DNA of 64,000 nucleotides, from NCBI GenBank assembly GCA_963767005.1, contig CAVYCN010000002.1:480001-544000 (forward strand), in the 5' to 3' direction. Positions 49,038 to 60,260 of this stretch are shown here, in pieces. The position numbers and the translations under genes were made by a program. A model generated the notes under the pieces. The model saw only the letters and a program-made list of their open reading frames with translations. It was not told where the DNA came from and did no database searches. This stretch comes from an uncultured Actinomycetes bacterium (GTDB lineage: Bacteria > Actinomycetota > Thermoleophilia > UBA2241). The first letter of the stretch is position 1. Each line of letters starts with the position of its first letter.

Positions 49038-50059
49038 GAGGCGGCCTCGCGAAAGCGCGGCAGAGCGGCGCGGACCGCCTCGCGCTCGGCGGCCGGGACC
49101 CAGCAGTGCACGCCGTGGCCGGGGGCGACGATCTCGAGCGCGGGGAACTCGCCGCGGCACACCGGCATCTCGTAGGGGCAGCGCCCCGAGAACGGACAGC
49201 CGTCGGGCAGCAACAGCAGGTTGGGCGGCTGACCTTCGATCGGCGTGAGCCGCTGCTTCTGCGTCTCGTCGAGGCGCGGCAGCGAGCCCAGGAGGCCCCA
49301 CGTGTAGGGCTGCTGCGGGTTGTAGTACACATCGTCGACCGGGCCGTACTCGAGTGTATGGCCGCCGTACATGACCATGACCTTGTCGGCCATCTGGGCG
49401 ACCACGCCCAGGTCGTGCGTGATCATGATCACGCCGGTGTGATACTGGCCCTGCATGTCGCGGATGACGTCCATGATCTGCGCCTGGATCGTGACGTCGA
49501 GGGCGGTCGTGGGCTCGTCGGCGATCAGGATGTCGGGGTTGCACGAGATCGCCATGGCGATCATGGCGCGCTGCCGCATACCGCCCGAGAACTCGAACGG
49601 GTACTGGTCGACGCGCTTGTCCGGATCGGGGATGCCGACCTTGGCGAGCAGGTCGGTCGCCATGCGCCACGACTCGCGCTTGGACTTGCCCTGGTGGCGA
49701 CGGATGACCTCGGCGATCTGGTCGCCCACCTTGAACACGGGGTTCAGGCTCGTCATGGGGTCCTGGAAGATCATGGCGATGTCGTTGCCGCGGATCTCGC
49801 TCATCTCGGCCTTCGACACGGACAGGAGATCACGGTCCTTGTGGCTGATCGTACCGCCTACGACACGCCCCGGCGGGTCGGGGATCAGACGCATGACCGA
49901 CATCGCCGCGACCGTCTTGCCCGAACCCGACTCGCCGACGATGCCGAGCGTCTCGTCGCGGTCGAGCGTGAAGCTCACGCCGTTCACGGCCTTCACCACG
50001 CCGGCGTGCGTGAAGAAGTGCGTGGACAGGTCGGCGACTTCGAGGAGGCGTTCGGTCAT
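49034..50059 (-). CDS. oppD: Oligopeptide ABC transporter ATPase
   Basis: [34 protein letters not shown]. Confidence 0.92.
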   Translation of the reverse strand: MTERLLEVADLSTHFFTHAGVVKAVNGVSFTLDRDETLGIVGESGSGKTVAAMSVMRLIPDPPGRVVGGTISHKDRDLLSVSKAEMSEIRGNDIAMIFQDPMTSLNPVFKVGDQIAEVIRRHQGKSKRESWRMATDLLAKVGIPDPDKRVDQYPFEFSGGMRQRAMIAMAISCNPDILIADEPTTALDVTIQAQIMDVIRDMQGQYHTGVIMITHDLGVVAQMADKVMVMYGGHTLEYGPVDDVYYNPQQPYTWGLLGSLPRLDETQKQRLTPIEGQPPNLLLLPDGCPFSGRCPYEMPVCRGEFPALEIVAPGHGVHCWVPAAEREAVRAALPRFREAAS

Positions 50060-50061
50060 GC

Positions 50062-51030
50062 CTATTCCTTGAGCTTGGGGTCGGTCGCGTCGCGCAGGCC
50101 GTTGCCGAACGAGATGAAGCCGAACACCGTGATCACGAGAGCGAGGCAGGGGAACAGCTCCATCCACCACTGCCCGGCTTGCAGGTAGTTCAGGTAGTCC
50201 GAGATCATGTTGCCCCAGCTCGCGTTCGGCGGTTGCACACCGATCCCGAGGAAGCTCAGCGCCGCCTCGGTGACGATGGCGCCGCCGACGCCCATGGCGG
50301 TCGCGACGTAGACGGGGGCCATGCTGTTGGGCAGCACGTGGCCGAACACGATGCGCAGGTCGCTCGCGCCGGCCGCCTTGGCGGCCTCGATGTACTCCTG
50401 CGTCTTCACCGACAGCACGGTGCCGCGCACGATGCGGGCATAGGACGCCCAGCTCAGGATGCCGATCGCGACGAACACGTTGCGGAAGCTCGGCCCGAGA
50501 ACCACCACGAGCAGCATCACGAAGAGGATGTACGGGAAGGCGAAGAAGACGTCGGCGACGCGCATGATGGCCGAGTCGATGCTGCCGCCGTAGTAGCCGG
50601 CGACCGGCCCCAGGCCAAGCCCCAGGGCAAGCGAGATGCTCACCGCGATCACGCCGACGAGCAGCGAGATGCGCGAAGCGACCAGGGTGCGCGACAGGAC
50701 GTCGCGGCCGATGTAGTCGGTGCCGAACAGATGGTGCAGCGAGGGCGGCGCCTTGGCGATCGAGTAGTCGACGGCGTTCGGGTTGAAGGGCGCGAGGTAG
50801 CCGCCGTGGAGGCCCGTCACCCAGAAGACGATCTCGACGAGGCCGACGATGGTGAACACCATCACGATGCCGAGTCCGACGAGCGCCAGCCTGTTGCGCC
50901 TGAGACGGCGCCAGGTGTCGGCCCACAGGCCGAGCGGCTTGACCTCGAGTGGCTCCTGCTCGGAGCCGACCGGGAGCGGCGCAGTGGCCTGTGGCTCGGC
51001 GGAGGGCGGTCCGTATCCGATGGCGCTCAC
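50062..51030 (-). CDS. oppC: Oligopeptide ABC transporter permease
   Basis: FGTDYIGRD, EAAKAAGAS, EAALSFLGIG, GNGLRDA.DP. Confidence 0.92.
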   Translation of the reverse strand: MSAIGYGPPSAEPQATAPLPVGSEQEPLEVKPLGLWADTWRRLRRNRLALVGLGIVMVFTIVGLVEIVFWVTGLHGGYLAPFNPNAVDYSIAKAPPSLHHLFGTDYIGRDVLSRTLVASRISLLVGVIAVSISLALGLGLGPVAGYYGGSIDSAIMRVADVFFAFPYILFVMLLVVVLGPSFRNVFVAIGILSWASYARIVRGTVLSVKTQEYIEAAKAAGASDLRIVFGHVLPNSMAPVYVATAMGVGGAIVTEAALSFLGIGVQPPNASWGNMISDYLNYLQAGQWWMELFPCLALVITVFGFISFGNGLRDATDPKLKE

Positions 51031-51035
51031 GGCTG

Positions 51036-51992
51036 CTACTCGTACCTGATGCGCGGGTCGACGTAGGCGTAGGCGACGTCGACCACGAGGTTGGCGATGA
51101 CGTAGACCAGCGTGGCGAACAGCACGCCGGCCACCACGACCGGCAGGTCGCGGGCGATGATCGCGTTGTAGATCATGAGGCCCACGCCCGGCCGCGAGAA
51201 GACCGTCTCGGTCAGGATGGCGCCGCCGAGCAGCGCACCCAGGTCGATCCCGGCGATGGTCATCACCGGGATCAGCGCGTTCTTGAGGCTGTGCTTGAGG
51301 ATCACCGAGCGCTCGGGCAGGCCCTTGGCCCTGGCCGTGCGGACGTAATCGGAGCGGATGACCTCGAGCATGGAGGCGCGCTGCATGTACGAGATATAGG
51401 CGACCTCGATGAGGCCGAGCGTGACTGCCGGCAGGATGAGATGCGAGAAGTTGTTCCAGTCGGTCGGGATGACCCAAAGGAGCCTGCTGCCGCCCGTGCC
51501 GAAGAACGGCAGCACATGAAGGTAGACGCCGAAGACGTACTGCAGGAAGAGGCCGAGCACGAACACCGGGATGCCCCAGATGATGAGCGCCGTCGTGGTC
51601 ATGCTCGTGTCCCAGATGGTGTACTGGCGCAGGGCCGAGTACACCCCGAGCGGTATGCCGAGCAGCTCGATGAGAATGGCGGCGAAGGCGAGTTGGGCGG
51701 TGTTGGGGATGGCCGCGGTGAGCATGCCGCGCACCGGCCGCTCGAACTGGTACGACTCGCCGAAGTTACCGTGTATGAGCCGGTCGACGAACCGCGCGTA
51801 CTGGATGTAGACCGGCCTGTTGAGGCCGAGCTCGACCCGCACCTCGGCCACGCGTTGCGGCGTCGCGTTCTTGCCCGCCAGCAGGTAGGCCGGGTCGCCG
51901 GGGATGAGGAACATGATGAGGAAGGTGATGATGCTCACGCCGATCAGCACGATCACGAGCTGCACGAGCCGCCTGGCGATGTAGCCGAACAC
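51036..51992 (-). CDS. oppB: Oligopeptide ABC transporter permease
   Basis: PGDPA, DYVRTARAKGL, ETVFSRPGVG, YVDPRIR. Confidence 0.93.
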   Translation of the reverse strand: MFGYIARRLVQLVIVLIGVSIITFLIMFLIPGDPAYLLAGKNATPQRVAEVRVELGLNRPVYIQYARFVDRLIHGNFGESYQFERPVRGMLTAAIPNTAQLAFAAILIELLGIPLGVYSALRQYTIWDTSMTTTALIIWGIPVFVLGLFLQYVFGVYLHVLPFFGTGGSRLLWVIPTDWNNFSHLILPAVTLGLIEVAYISYMQRASMLEVIRSDYVRTARAKGLPERSVILKHSLKNALIPVMTIAGIDLGALLGGAILTETVFSRPGVGLMIYNAIIARDLPVVVAGVLFATLVYVIANLVVDVAYAYVDPRIRYE

Positions 51993-52072
51993 GAGCGGTG
52001 GCCTTTCCTGTCGGTCGATCCGTCCTAAGAACCGGCTCCGGTGCTGCGCGGCGCCGAAGGTGAGGCTGCGGC

Positions 52073-52108
52073 GCGGTGGGCCGGCGCCCTGGGGCGCCGG
52101 CCCACCGC
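52073..52108. terminator. 16-bp stem-loop between oppA and oppB
   Basis: gcggtgggccggcgcc-ctgg-ggcgccggcccaccgc. Confidence 0.65.
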
Positions 52109-52177
52109 ACGTGCGGTGCTGGCAGTGTACGCGGTCGTCAGGCCGCGGACAACCTGCCCGCAGGCGTGGTCAGCCGG

Positions 52178-53854
52178 TTACTTCTGAGCGACCCAGACGA
52201 GGTTCATGTCCTCGCCGCCCATCGGGTTGTGCTGCTGCCCGTCGACCCGCGTGTCCATGATGCGATAGTCGCGGTAGAAGTACAGCGGGATGACCGCCAC
52301 GTCGGCCAGGATCTGCTTCTCGGCCTCGGCGTAGATCTGCAGGCGTTGCGTCTCGTCGACGGTGCCCCGCGCCGTAGCGAGCAACCTGTCGACGGTCGGG
52401 TTCGAGTAGAACGAGAACGTGTTCACACCCGACACGCTGCTCTGGAAGAGCGGATACAGGAAGTCGTCCATCGACGGGTAGTCGGCCAGCCAGCCGAGCC
52501 GATAGAGCTCGTCCTGCGTGCCCTGCGAGCACTTGGTGAGGTAGGTGCCCCACTCGAGGCCGGTCATCGTGACCTTGAGGCCGATGGCCTGCCAGCCGGC
52601 CTGCACCGGGGCGAGGATCTTGTCGTGGTTCGCACCGGTGTTGTACCAGAGCTTCAGCGTCGGGACGTTGCCCAGGCTCTGCACGATCTGCTTTGCCTTG
52701 GCCGGGTCGTACTTGTACGGCAGCGTCGAGAGGTTGCTGCCGGGGATGCCGATCGGCACGACGCCGTTCGGCATGAGCGGCACGCCCTCGGAGACGGTGT
52801 TGATGACGGCGTTGCGGTCGACCGAGTACGACAGGGCCTGGCGCAGCGGCAGGTTCTTGGCGCCGCCGACGACCGGGTTCTTCTGGTTGATGCCGATGAA
52901 GTAGATGCCGAGGTTCGGCCACTTCTTGGCGATCCAGCCCTTCTGGGTGGCCATCTGCTCGGACGAGGCGACCTGTCCCGTCGGCACCGACGTGAAGTCG
53001 ATCTGGCCGGCCTGGAAGGCGAGCCACTCCGTCGAGGGGTCGGTGAACTCGGGCATGTGGATGGTGTCGACGAACGGCCCGTTGGTCGCGCTCGCGTTCC
53101 ACCAGTGCGGGTTCTTGACCAGGTCGACCTCCTGGTTGTGCACCCACTTCGAGAACATGAAAGCACCGGTGCCGACCGGCTTCTGGTCGAAGGTCTTGAG
53201 GCCTTCCTTCATCGCGTAGTCAACCGGCCACACCGACAGGATCGGGTGACCGAGGCTGGCCGGGAACTCAGCGAACGGGTACTTCAGCGTGACCTGGAGC
53301 GTCCACTTGTCGAGCGCCTTCACGCCGGTCAGGCCGTGCTTGGCCGCGCCGGTCTCGTCGGTGCCCACGATGGGCTCGAGGATGTAGGCAGGAGTGCCGG
53401 TGACCCAGTTCTTCGCGTCGGCGACGGCGTTCCAGCTCTTCACGAAGTCGTAGGCCGTCACCTCGGTGCCGACCGGCTGCTGGAAGTAGACGCCCTGACG
53501 GATCGTGAACGTGAACACCTTGGCGTCGGGGCTGACCGTGTACTTCGTGCACAGCCACGGCACCGTGTCCATGGTCACGCCATCCTTGGCGGTCTCATAC
53601 TTCATGAGACCTTCGAACATCTGCGTCGTGACGTAGTAGCCGATGCTCTCCTGCTGGGTGACGGGCGCGATGCCCACGGGCTCGCCGTCGAGCGGGAAGT
53701 TATAGGTACCGCCGGGTGTCGGCGTGGCGGCGGTCGTCGGCGTGCTGCTCGAGCTTGGCGAGCTGCTGCCGCAGGCGACCAGGACGAATGCGAGCGCCAC
53801 CAGCAAGATGCCTGCGATGAGCGCCCCCCGTGACCTCATACCGAGGTTCTTCAA
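52178..53854 (-). CDS. oppA: Oligopeptide ABC substrate-binding lipoprotein
   Basis: Lipobox LVAC, FTIRQGVYF, PVGTGAF, GWLADYP; TTG start after GGAGGG. Confidence 0.92.
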   Translation of the reverse strand: MKNLGMRSRGALIAGILLVALAFVLVACGSSSPSSSSTPTTAATPTPGGTYNFPLDGEPVGIAPVTQQESIGYYVTTQMFEGLMKYETAKDGVTMDTVPWLCTKYTVSPDAKVFTFTIRQGVYFQQPVGTEVTAYDFVKSWNAVADAKNWVTGTPAYILEPIVGTDETGAAKHGLTGVKALDKWTLQVTLKYPFAEFPASLGHPILSVWPVDYAMKEGLKTFDQKPVGTGAFMFSKWVHNQEVDLVKNPHWWNASATNGPFVDTIHMPEFTDPSTEWLAFQAGQIDFTSVPTGQVASSEQMATQKGWIAKKWPNLGIYFIGINQKNPVVGGAKNLPLRQALSYSVDRNAVINTVSEGVPLMPNGVVPIGIPGSNLSTLPYKYDPAKAKQIVQSLGNVPTLKLWYNTGANHDKILAPVQAGWQAIGLKVTMTGLEWGTYLTKCSQGTQDELYRLGWLADYPSMDDFLYPLFQSSVSGVNTFSFYSNPTVDRLLATARGTVDETQRLQIYAEAEKQILADVAVIPLYFYRDYRIMDTRVDGQQHNPMGGEDMNLVWVAQK

Positions 53855-54094
53855 GGCTCCCTCCTTCGGGTTACACGGAAAAGTGGGACGACCCTGCACG
53901 GGCCCCCAGTCGCGATGCGCCGACGTGATGGCGCTCCGCCCCGCACGTTCGCCGACAGACGCTACCCCCTTTCGTGATCGCACAGCCTGCCCCGTGCTTC
54001 GAAACCTCGTCCATGAGGTTCGTGGCCACCATACCACGTACCTGCAGAGCGACCTAGCCGGACCCAAAACCGGTCGCTTGCGGGCAGTTCACTA

Positions 54095-54313
54095 CTACAG
54101 GCGCCACACGAGGACGAAGGTGTTGATGAACAGCACGACGCCGGCGATGATCGTGTAGCGCGTGAGGTTGCGCTCCATGACACTGGCCTGGGCCGCAAAC
54201 GAGAACCCGGTCGTGCTGCTCATGCCGGCGTCCTTGCCGGAGTGCAGCAGCACGAGCACGATGAGCAGCACGCACACGACGAGCTGCAGGACGATGAGAA
54301 ACGCGTTCAGCAC
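54095..54313 (-). CDS. secG: Preprotein translocase subunit SecG
   Basis: LIVLVLLHSGKDAG...ERNLTRYT; two TM helices; follows the gap-pgk-tpi cluster. Confidence 0.9.
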   Translation of the reverse strand: MLNAFLIVLQLVVCVLLIVLVLLHSGKDAGMSSTTGFSFAAQASVMERNLTRYTIIAGVVLFINTFVLVWRL

Positions 54314-54461
54314 CGAGGGACTCCTTCGTGTTCGCCGATACGCCCGACTGCGGGCGTGCACTTCAGGATAGTAATCCTGAAACGCCTATGCAACAGCCTC
54401 GTGCCGGCTTCGTCCGCGCCGGCGCCGCCCGAGCGCGCCGCGCCTCCTCCCCACGCCGCTC

Positions 54462-56072
54462 TCACGGCGCCGCCACGAGCAGAACACGCCCCGTCATCTC
54501 GGGCGGCGCGGGCACCCCGAGCAGGGCGAGGATCGTCGGCGCGATGTCGGCCAGCACGCCGCCGGGACGCACGGCGGTCCCGGCGACGGTGGCGACGAAC
54601 GGCACGGGGTTAGTGCTGTGCGCCGTGTTCGGCCCACCGTCGGGCTCGACCATGTTGTCCGCGTTGCCGTGATCGGCCGTGATCAGGCAGGCGCCGCCGA
54701 GCTCGAGGACGCGCGGCACCAGGCGGCCGAGGCAGGCATCGACCGTCTCGACCGCGGCGATCGCCGCCGCGAGCACCCCGGAGTGACCGACCATATCGGC
54801 GTTCGCGTAGTTCACGACGACGAAGTCGAGGTCGCCCTTGTCGAGCTCGCCCAGCAGCGCGTCGGTCAGCTCGGGCGCACTCATCTGCGGCTTGCGGTCG
54901 TAGGTGGGTACGTCGCGGGGGCTCGGCACCAGGACGCGCCGCTCGCCGGCCACGGCCCGTTCGACCCCGCCGTTGAAGAAGAAAGTCACGTGCGCGTACT
55001 TCTCGGTCTCGGCGATGTGCAGCTGGTGCAGGCCGCGCTCGGCCAGCACCTGCGCGAGAACGTGGGCGACCGGCTCGGGCTCGAAGGCCACGGGCAGCGG
55101 GAACTCCTTCTTGTAGCGCGTCATCGTGACGAAGTCGACGCGCGGCGGTCGCTCGCCACGGTCGAACTCGGCGAACGACTCCTCGGACAGCGCCCGCGTG
55201 AGCTCCCTGGCCCTGTCCGGACGGAAGTTGAAGAACAGGCAGACGTCGCCCTCGCGCACGCGGTGCTGGTCGCGGCGCCCGATGACCGTGGGGGCGACGA
55301 ACTCGTCGGTCTCGCCGCGCCCGGCCGCCTGGGCCACGGCGCTCGACGCATCGGGCGCCTCGTGACCGGCGCCGTGGACGATGGCGTCGTAGGCGAGCAT
55401 GACGCGCTCCCAGCGGTTGTCGCGGTCCATCGCGTAGTAGCGCCCGCACACCGTGCCGTACACGCCCACCCCGACCGTCCGCATGTGCTCCTCGATCTCG
55501 CCAAGGTAGCCCGGCGACGAGTCGGGCGGCGTGTCGCGGCCGTCGAGGAACGCGTGGACGACGACGTCGACCACGCCCTCGCGGCGCGCCATCTCGAGGC
55601 AGGCCTTGAGATGGCCCAGGTCGGAGTGCACCCCGCCGGCCGACACGAGGCCGAGCAGGTGGAAGGTCGCGCCGCGCTCGCGCGCCGTGGCGAACGCGCG
55701 CACGAGCACGGGGTTGCGGAAGAACTCGCCGTCGGCGATGGCCTTGGTGATGCGTGTCAGGTCCTGATACACGATGCGCCCGGCTCCGATGTTCAGATGC
55801 CCGACCTCTGAGTTGCCCATCTGGCCGTCGGGCAGGCCCACGGCACCACCCGAGGCTTCGAGCGTGCCGTGCGGCCAGCCCGTCCACAGGCCGTCGAACG
55901 TGGGCGTGTCGGCCAGCTCCACGGCGTTGCCGGAGCCGACCGGGGCGCGGCCCCAGCCGTCGAGGACGGCGAGCACGACGGGACGGTAGGTGCGCCCGTT
56001 CGGCGACAGCGCGGCGTCGGTCCCCGACGCCGCGCTGTCGCGCGCCGGGGGCTGTCCGGGGGCATCGGTCAC
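54462..56072 (-). CDS. gpmI: 2,3-bisphosphoglycerate-independent phosphoglycerate mutase
   Basis: LDGWG, GQMGNSEVGH, GGVHS, DGRD, GRYYAMDRD, AETEKYAHVTFF, DMVGH, TADHGN. Confidence 0.96.
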   Translation of the reverse strand: MTDAPGQPPARDSAASGTDAALSPNGRTYRPVVLAVLDGWGRAPVGSGNAVELADTPTFDGLWTGWPHGTLEASGGAVGLPDGQMGNSEVGHLNIGAGRIVYQDLTRITKAIADGEFFRNPVLVRAFATARERGATFHLLGLVSAGGVHSDLGHLKACLEMARREGVVDVVVHAFLDGRDTPPDSSPGYLGEIEEHMRTVGVGVYGTVCGRYYAMDRDNRWERVMLAYDAIVHGAGHEAPDASSAVAQAAGRGETDEFVAPTVIGRRDQHRVREGDVCLFFNFRPDRARELTRALSEESFAEFDRGERPPRVDFVTMTRYKKEFPLPVAFEPEPVAHVLAQVLAERGLHQLHIAETEKYAHVTFFFNGGVERAVAGERRVLVPSPRDVPTYDRKPQMSAPELTDALLGELDKGDLDFVVVNYANADMVGHSGVLAAAIAAVETVDACLGRLVPRVLELGGACLITADHGNADNMVEPDGGPNTAHSTNPVPFVATVAGTAVRPGGVLADIAPTILALLGVPAPPEMTGRVLLVAAP

Positions 56073-56833
56073 AGCGGCTCGAAGCGCACGATGCGGGCGA
56101 ACTCGGCCGGATCGAGGCTCGCGCCGCCGACCAGCACGCCGTCGATGTCGGGCTGCGCCATGAGCTCGTCGATGTTGCCCGCCTTCACGCTGCCGCCGTA
56201 GAGCACGCGCACGGTGTCGGCCGCCGCCCCGAGGTTCTGCCGCACACGAGCGCGCACGAAGGCGACGGTCTCCTGGGCGATCTCGGCCGTGGCCGTCTTG
56301 CCCGTGCCGATCGCCCAGATCGGCTCGTAGGCGATGGCGACACGGGCCAGGTCGTCGGGCGTGAGCGTCGCGAGGTCGCGGTCGATCTGGCCGCCGATCT
56401 TCTTCTCGGTCCGGCCGGCGACGCGCTCCTCGTCGGTCTCGCCGCAGCACAGGACGGGCAGCAGGCCGTGGTCGAGCGCGACGCGCACCTTCTGGGCGAG
56501 CTCGGTATCGTTCTCGGCGAAGTACTGCCGGCGCTCGGAGTGGCCCAGGATGACCGCGTGCACGCCGACCTCGGTGAGCATCGCGGCCGAGACCTCGCCG
56601 GTGTAGGCGCCCTCGGCCGCCCAGTGCATGGTCTGGGCCCCGACCCCCACGTTCGTGCCCGCCGTCGCCGCGACGAGCGCGGTCAGGTCGGTGAACGGCG
56701 CGCAGAGCAGGACGTCGCGGTCGTCGACGCCCGCCACGAGCGGGACGAATGCCTGTGCGTAGGCGCTCGTGTCGATCTGCGTCTTGAACATCTTCCAGTT
56801 GCCCGCCATGAGCGGCCTGCGCGCGGCTTCCAT
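56069..56833 (-). CDS. tpiA: Triosephosphate isomerase
   Basis: AGNWKM, GHSERR, AYEPIWAIGTG, YGGSV, VGGASL. Confidence 0.98.
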   Translation of the reverse strand: MEAARRPLMAGNWKMFKTQIDTSAYAQAFVPLVAGVDDRDVLLCAPFTDLTALVAATAGTNVGVGAQTMHWAAEGAYTGEVSAAMLTEVGVHAVILGHSERRQYFAENDTELAQKVRVALDHGLLPVLCCGETDEERVAGRTEKKIGGQIDRDLATLTPDDLARVAIAYEPIWAIGTGKTATAEIAQETVAFVRARVRQNLGAAADTVRVLYGGSVKAGNIDELMAQPDIDGVLVGGASLDPAEFARIVRFEPL

Positions 56834-56879
56834 GCTCCGGTCTCCTTCCGGCGCCCGGTGGGCGCCTGTGGTGTGAACG

Positions 56880-58061
56880 TCAGGCGTCGAGCAGCGCCTC
56901 GACGCCGGGCAGCGCCTTGCCTTCGAGGAACTCCATCGAGGCGCCGCCGCCGGTCGAGACGTGCGTGATGCGGTCGGCCAGGCCGAAGCTGCGGACGGCG
57001 CTCACCGTGTCACCCCCGCCGACCACGCTCACGCCGGGACACCCGGCCACGGCCTCGCCGACCGCGCGGGTGCCGGCGGCGAAGTCGGGCACCTCGAACA
57101 GCCCCATGGGGCCGTTCCAGAACACCGTCCCCGCGGCCCGCAGGCGCTCGGCAAAGGCGGCCGCCGTGGCGGGCCCGATGTCGAGCCCCATCTCGGCGGA
57201 GGGGATGGCGTCGGCCCCGACCACGTGCCGCGCTGCTCCGGCTGCCGGCTCGGCCGCCACCACCACGTCGCTCGGCAGGACGAGCTCGCAGGTCGCGCCG
57301 GCCGCTGCCGCGAGCACGGCGCGGGCCGTTTCGGCCGTCCCCTCCTCGACCTTCGAACGGCCCACCTCGAGGCCCTTGGCGAGGAGCAGCGGAAAGCACA
57401 TCGCGCCGCCCACCAGGAGGGTGTCGGCGACGGTCAGCATCTTCTCGATGACGCCGATCTTGTCGGACACCTTGGCGCCGCCCAGCAGTACGACGAAGGG
57501 GCGCGCCGGGTCGGTCAGCAGACGCCCGAGCACCTCGAGCTCGCGCCCCATGAGCAGACCGGCCACGCCGGGCAGCACCCGCGGCACGCCGACCGTCGAG
57601 GCATGCGCCCGATGGGCCGTACCGAAGGCGTCGTTCACGTAGACATCGGCGAGCGCGGCGAGGGCCGCCGCGAAGGCCGGGTCGTTGGCCGTCTCCTCGG
57701 CGTGGAAGCGCAGGTTCTCGAGCAGCAGGAGGCCGCCCGGCTCGAGCGCCGCCGCGGCGGCGCTCGCCGCCGGTCCGACGCAGTCGCCGGTCGTCGCCAC
57801 CGGTCGGCCGAGCAGCTCGGAGAGGCGCCGCGCGACCGGCTCGAGCCGCAACTCGGGCACGACCTGGCCCTTGGGACGCCCCAGGTGCGAGGCCAGCACG
57901 ACGCGGCAGCCCCGCTCGACCAGGTACGTGATGGTCGGCAGGGCGGCACGGATGCGCGTGTCGTCGGCGACCTCGTCGCCGGTGAGCGGCACGTTGAAGT
58001 CGACGCGCAGGAACACCCGCTTGCCGTCGACCGGATAGTCGGTCACAGCACGCTTGGCCAT
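56880..58061 (-). CDS. pgk: Phosphoglycerate kinase
   Basis: RVDFNVP, SHLGRP, LENLRF, DAFGTAHRAHAS, WNGPMG, STGGGA. Confidence 0.98.
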   Translation of the reverse strand: MAKRAVTDYPVDGKRVFLRVDFNVPLTGDEVADDTRIRAALPTITYLVERGCRVVLASHLGRPKGQVVPELRLEPVARRLSELLGRPVATTGDCVGPAASAAAAALEPGGLLLLENLRFHAEETANDPAFAAALAALADVYVNDAFGTAHRAHASTVGVPRVLPGVAGLLMGRELEVLGRLLTDPARPFVVLLGGAKVSDKIGVIEKMLTVADTLLVGGAMCFPLLLAKGLEVGRSKVEEGTAETARAVLAAAAGATCELVLPSDVVVAAEPAAGAARHVVGADAIPSAEMGLDIGPATAAAFAERLRAAGTVFWNGPMGLFEVPDFAAGTRAVGEAVAGCPGVSVVGGGDTVSAVRSFGLADRITHVSTGGGASMEFLEGKALPGVEALLDA

Positions 58062-58149
58062 ACGGCCCTCCTTCCCTCGCGGATCGGCGCGATCATCGGG
58101 CGCTCGACAAGGCCGCGCAACCTGAGCGGCGTCGCGGCCTCTCGACGGT

Positions 58150-59241
<1,092 letters not shown>

Positions 59242-59261
59242 TCAGTGCGCGGCGCGAGGGC

Positions 59262-60260
59262 CTACGAGCGCGAGCGGTCCGCGCCGGCGCGGCGCGCGCG
59301 GCCGGACGGCTCGCCCGGACGTTCGCGGGCGGCGCGCCGCAGCTCGCTGCCAGCCAGCGCCTCGAGCCGCCGCAGGCGATGGTTCAAGGCCGACTTCGAG
59401 AGCGGCGGGCGGGCCTTCGCGGCGAGCTCGGCCAGGTTCAGATAGGGATGGCGCAGCCGCAGCTCGGCCGCGGCGCGCAGCGCGGCCGGCAGGCGGCCCC
59501 ACTGGTCGCCGGCCCTGAGTCCGCGCAGCGCCTCGACCTGACGCAGGGCGGCGCGCGCGGCACGTCCGGCGTTGGCCTGGTCGCAGTTGGCCAGACGGTT
59601 GGCGCGCCCGCGGACCTCGCCGAACACGAGGTGCTCCTCCCAGGCGAGGCGCGCGCTGTGCGCGCCGAGCAGGGCGAGCAGGTCGGCCGCCACCTCGCCG
59701 CGCTTGGTGTAGCAGGCGACGTTGCGGGCGCGCGTGACGATCCTGAAGTCGAGCCCGAGACGAGCGAGCAGGCGGCGGCAGTCCTCGGCGAGCTCACCCG
59801 ACTCGAAGGTGAGCTCGGCGTGCACCGGCGCGCCGGGCGGTGAGACCGAGCCGCAGCCCAGGAAGGCGCCGCGGGCAAAGGCCACCCGGCAGCAGCGCCG
59901 GGCGACGACGCGCGGCGGCACGCCAAGCTGCACCCGGAACGAGTCGGACAGCACGCCCGCCTCGTTCAGCACCTGCAGGTGGCGCGGGTCGTCGCCCAGC
60001 ACGACCTCGTAGCGCAGGCCGGCCGGCGGCGTGTCGGCCGTGCGCAACTGGGCGTGCGTGCCCATCGGTCGCAGCAGCGACAGCACCGAGCGCGCCACCG
60101 CTGGCAGGCGCGAGCTCACCCGTACCGTGTACTGGCCGCCCGAGGCGATCTCGAACGTGCCGGCCGCGAAGAGCAGCCCCGCGAGCTGAGCCCGAGCGCA
60201 ATGACTCTCGACCGGCACGACGGCGGCGAGCTCGCGCTTGACGTCCTGGGTGAAGGTCAC
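59262..60260 (-). CDS. whiA: DNA-binding protein WhiA
   Basis: FTQDVKREL, RGAFLGCGSV, NRLANCDQAN, SKSALNHRLRRL. Confidence 0.93.
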   Translation of the reverse strand: MTFTQDVKRELAAVVPVESHCARAQLAGLLFAAGTFEIASGGQYTVRVSSRLPAVARSVLSLLRPMGTHAQLRTADTPPAGLRYEVVLGDDPRHLQVLNEAGVLSDSFRVQLGVPPRVVARRCCRVAFARGAFLGCGSVSPPGAPVHAELTFESGELAEDCRRLLARLGLDFRIVTRARNVACYTKRGEVAADLLALLGAHSARLAWEEHLVFGEVRGRANRLANCDQANAGRAARAALRQVEALRGLRAGDQWGRLPAALRAAAELRLRHPYLNLAELAAKARPPLSKSALNHRLRRLEALAGSELRRAARERPGEPSGRARRAGADRSRS

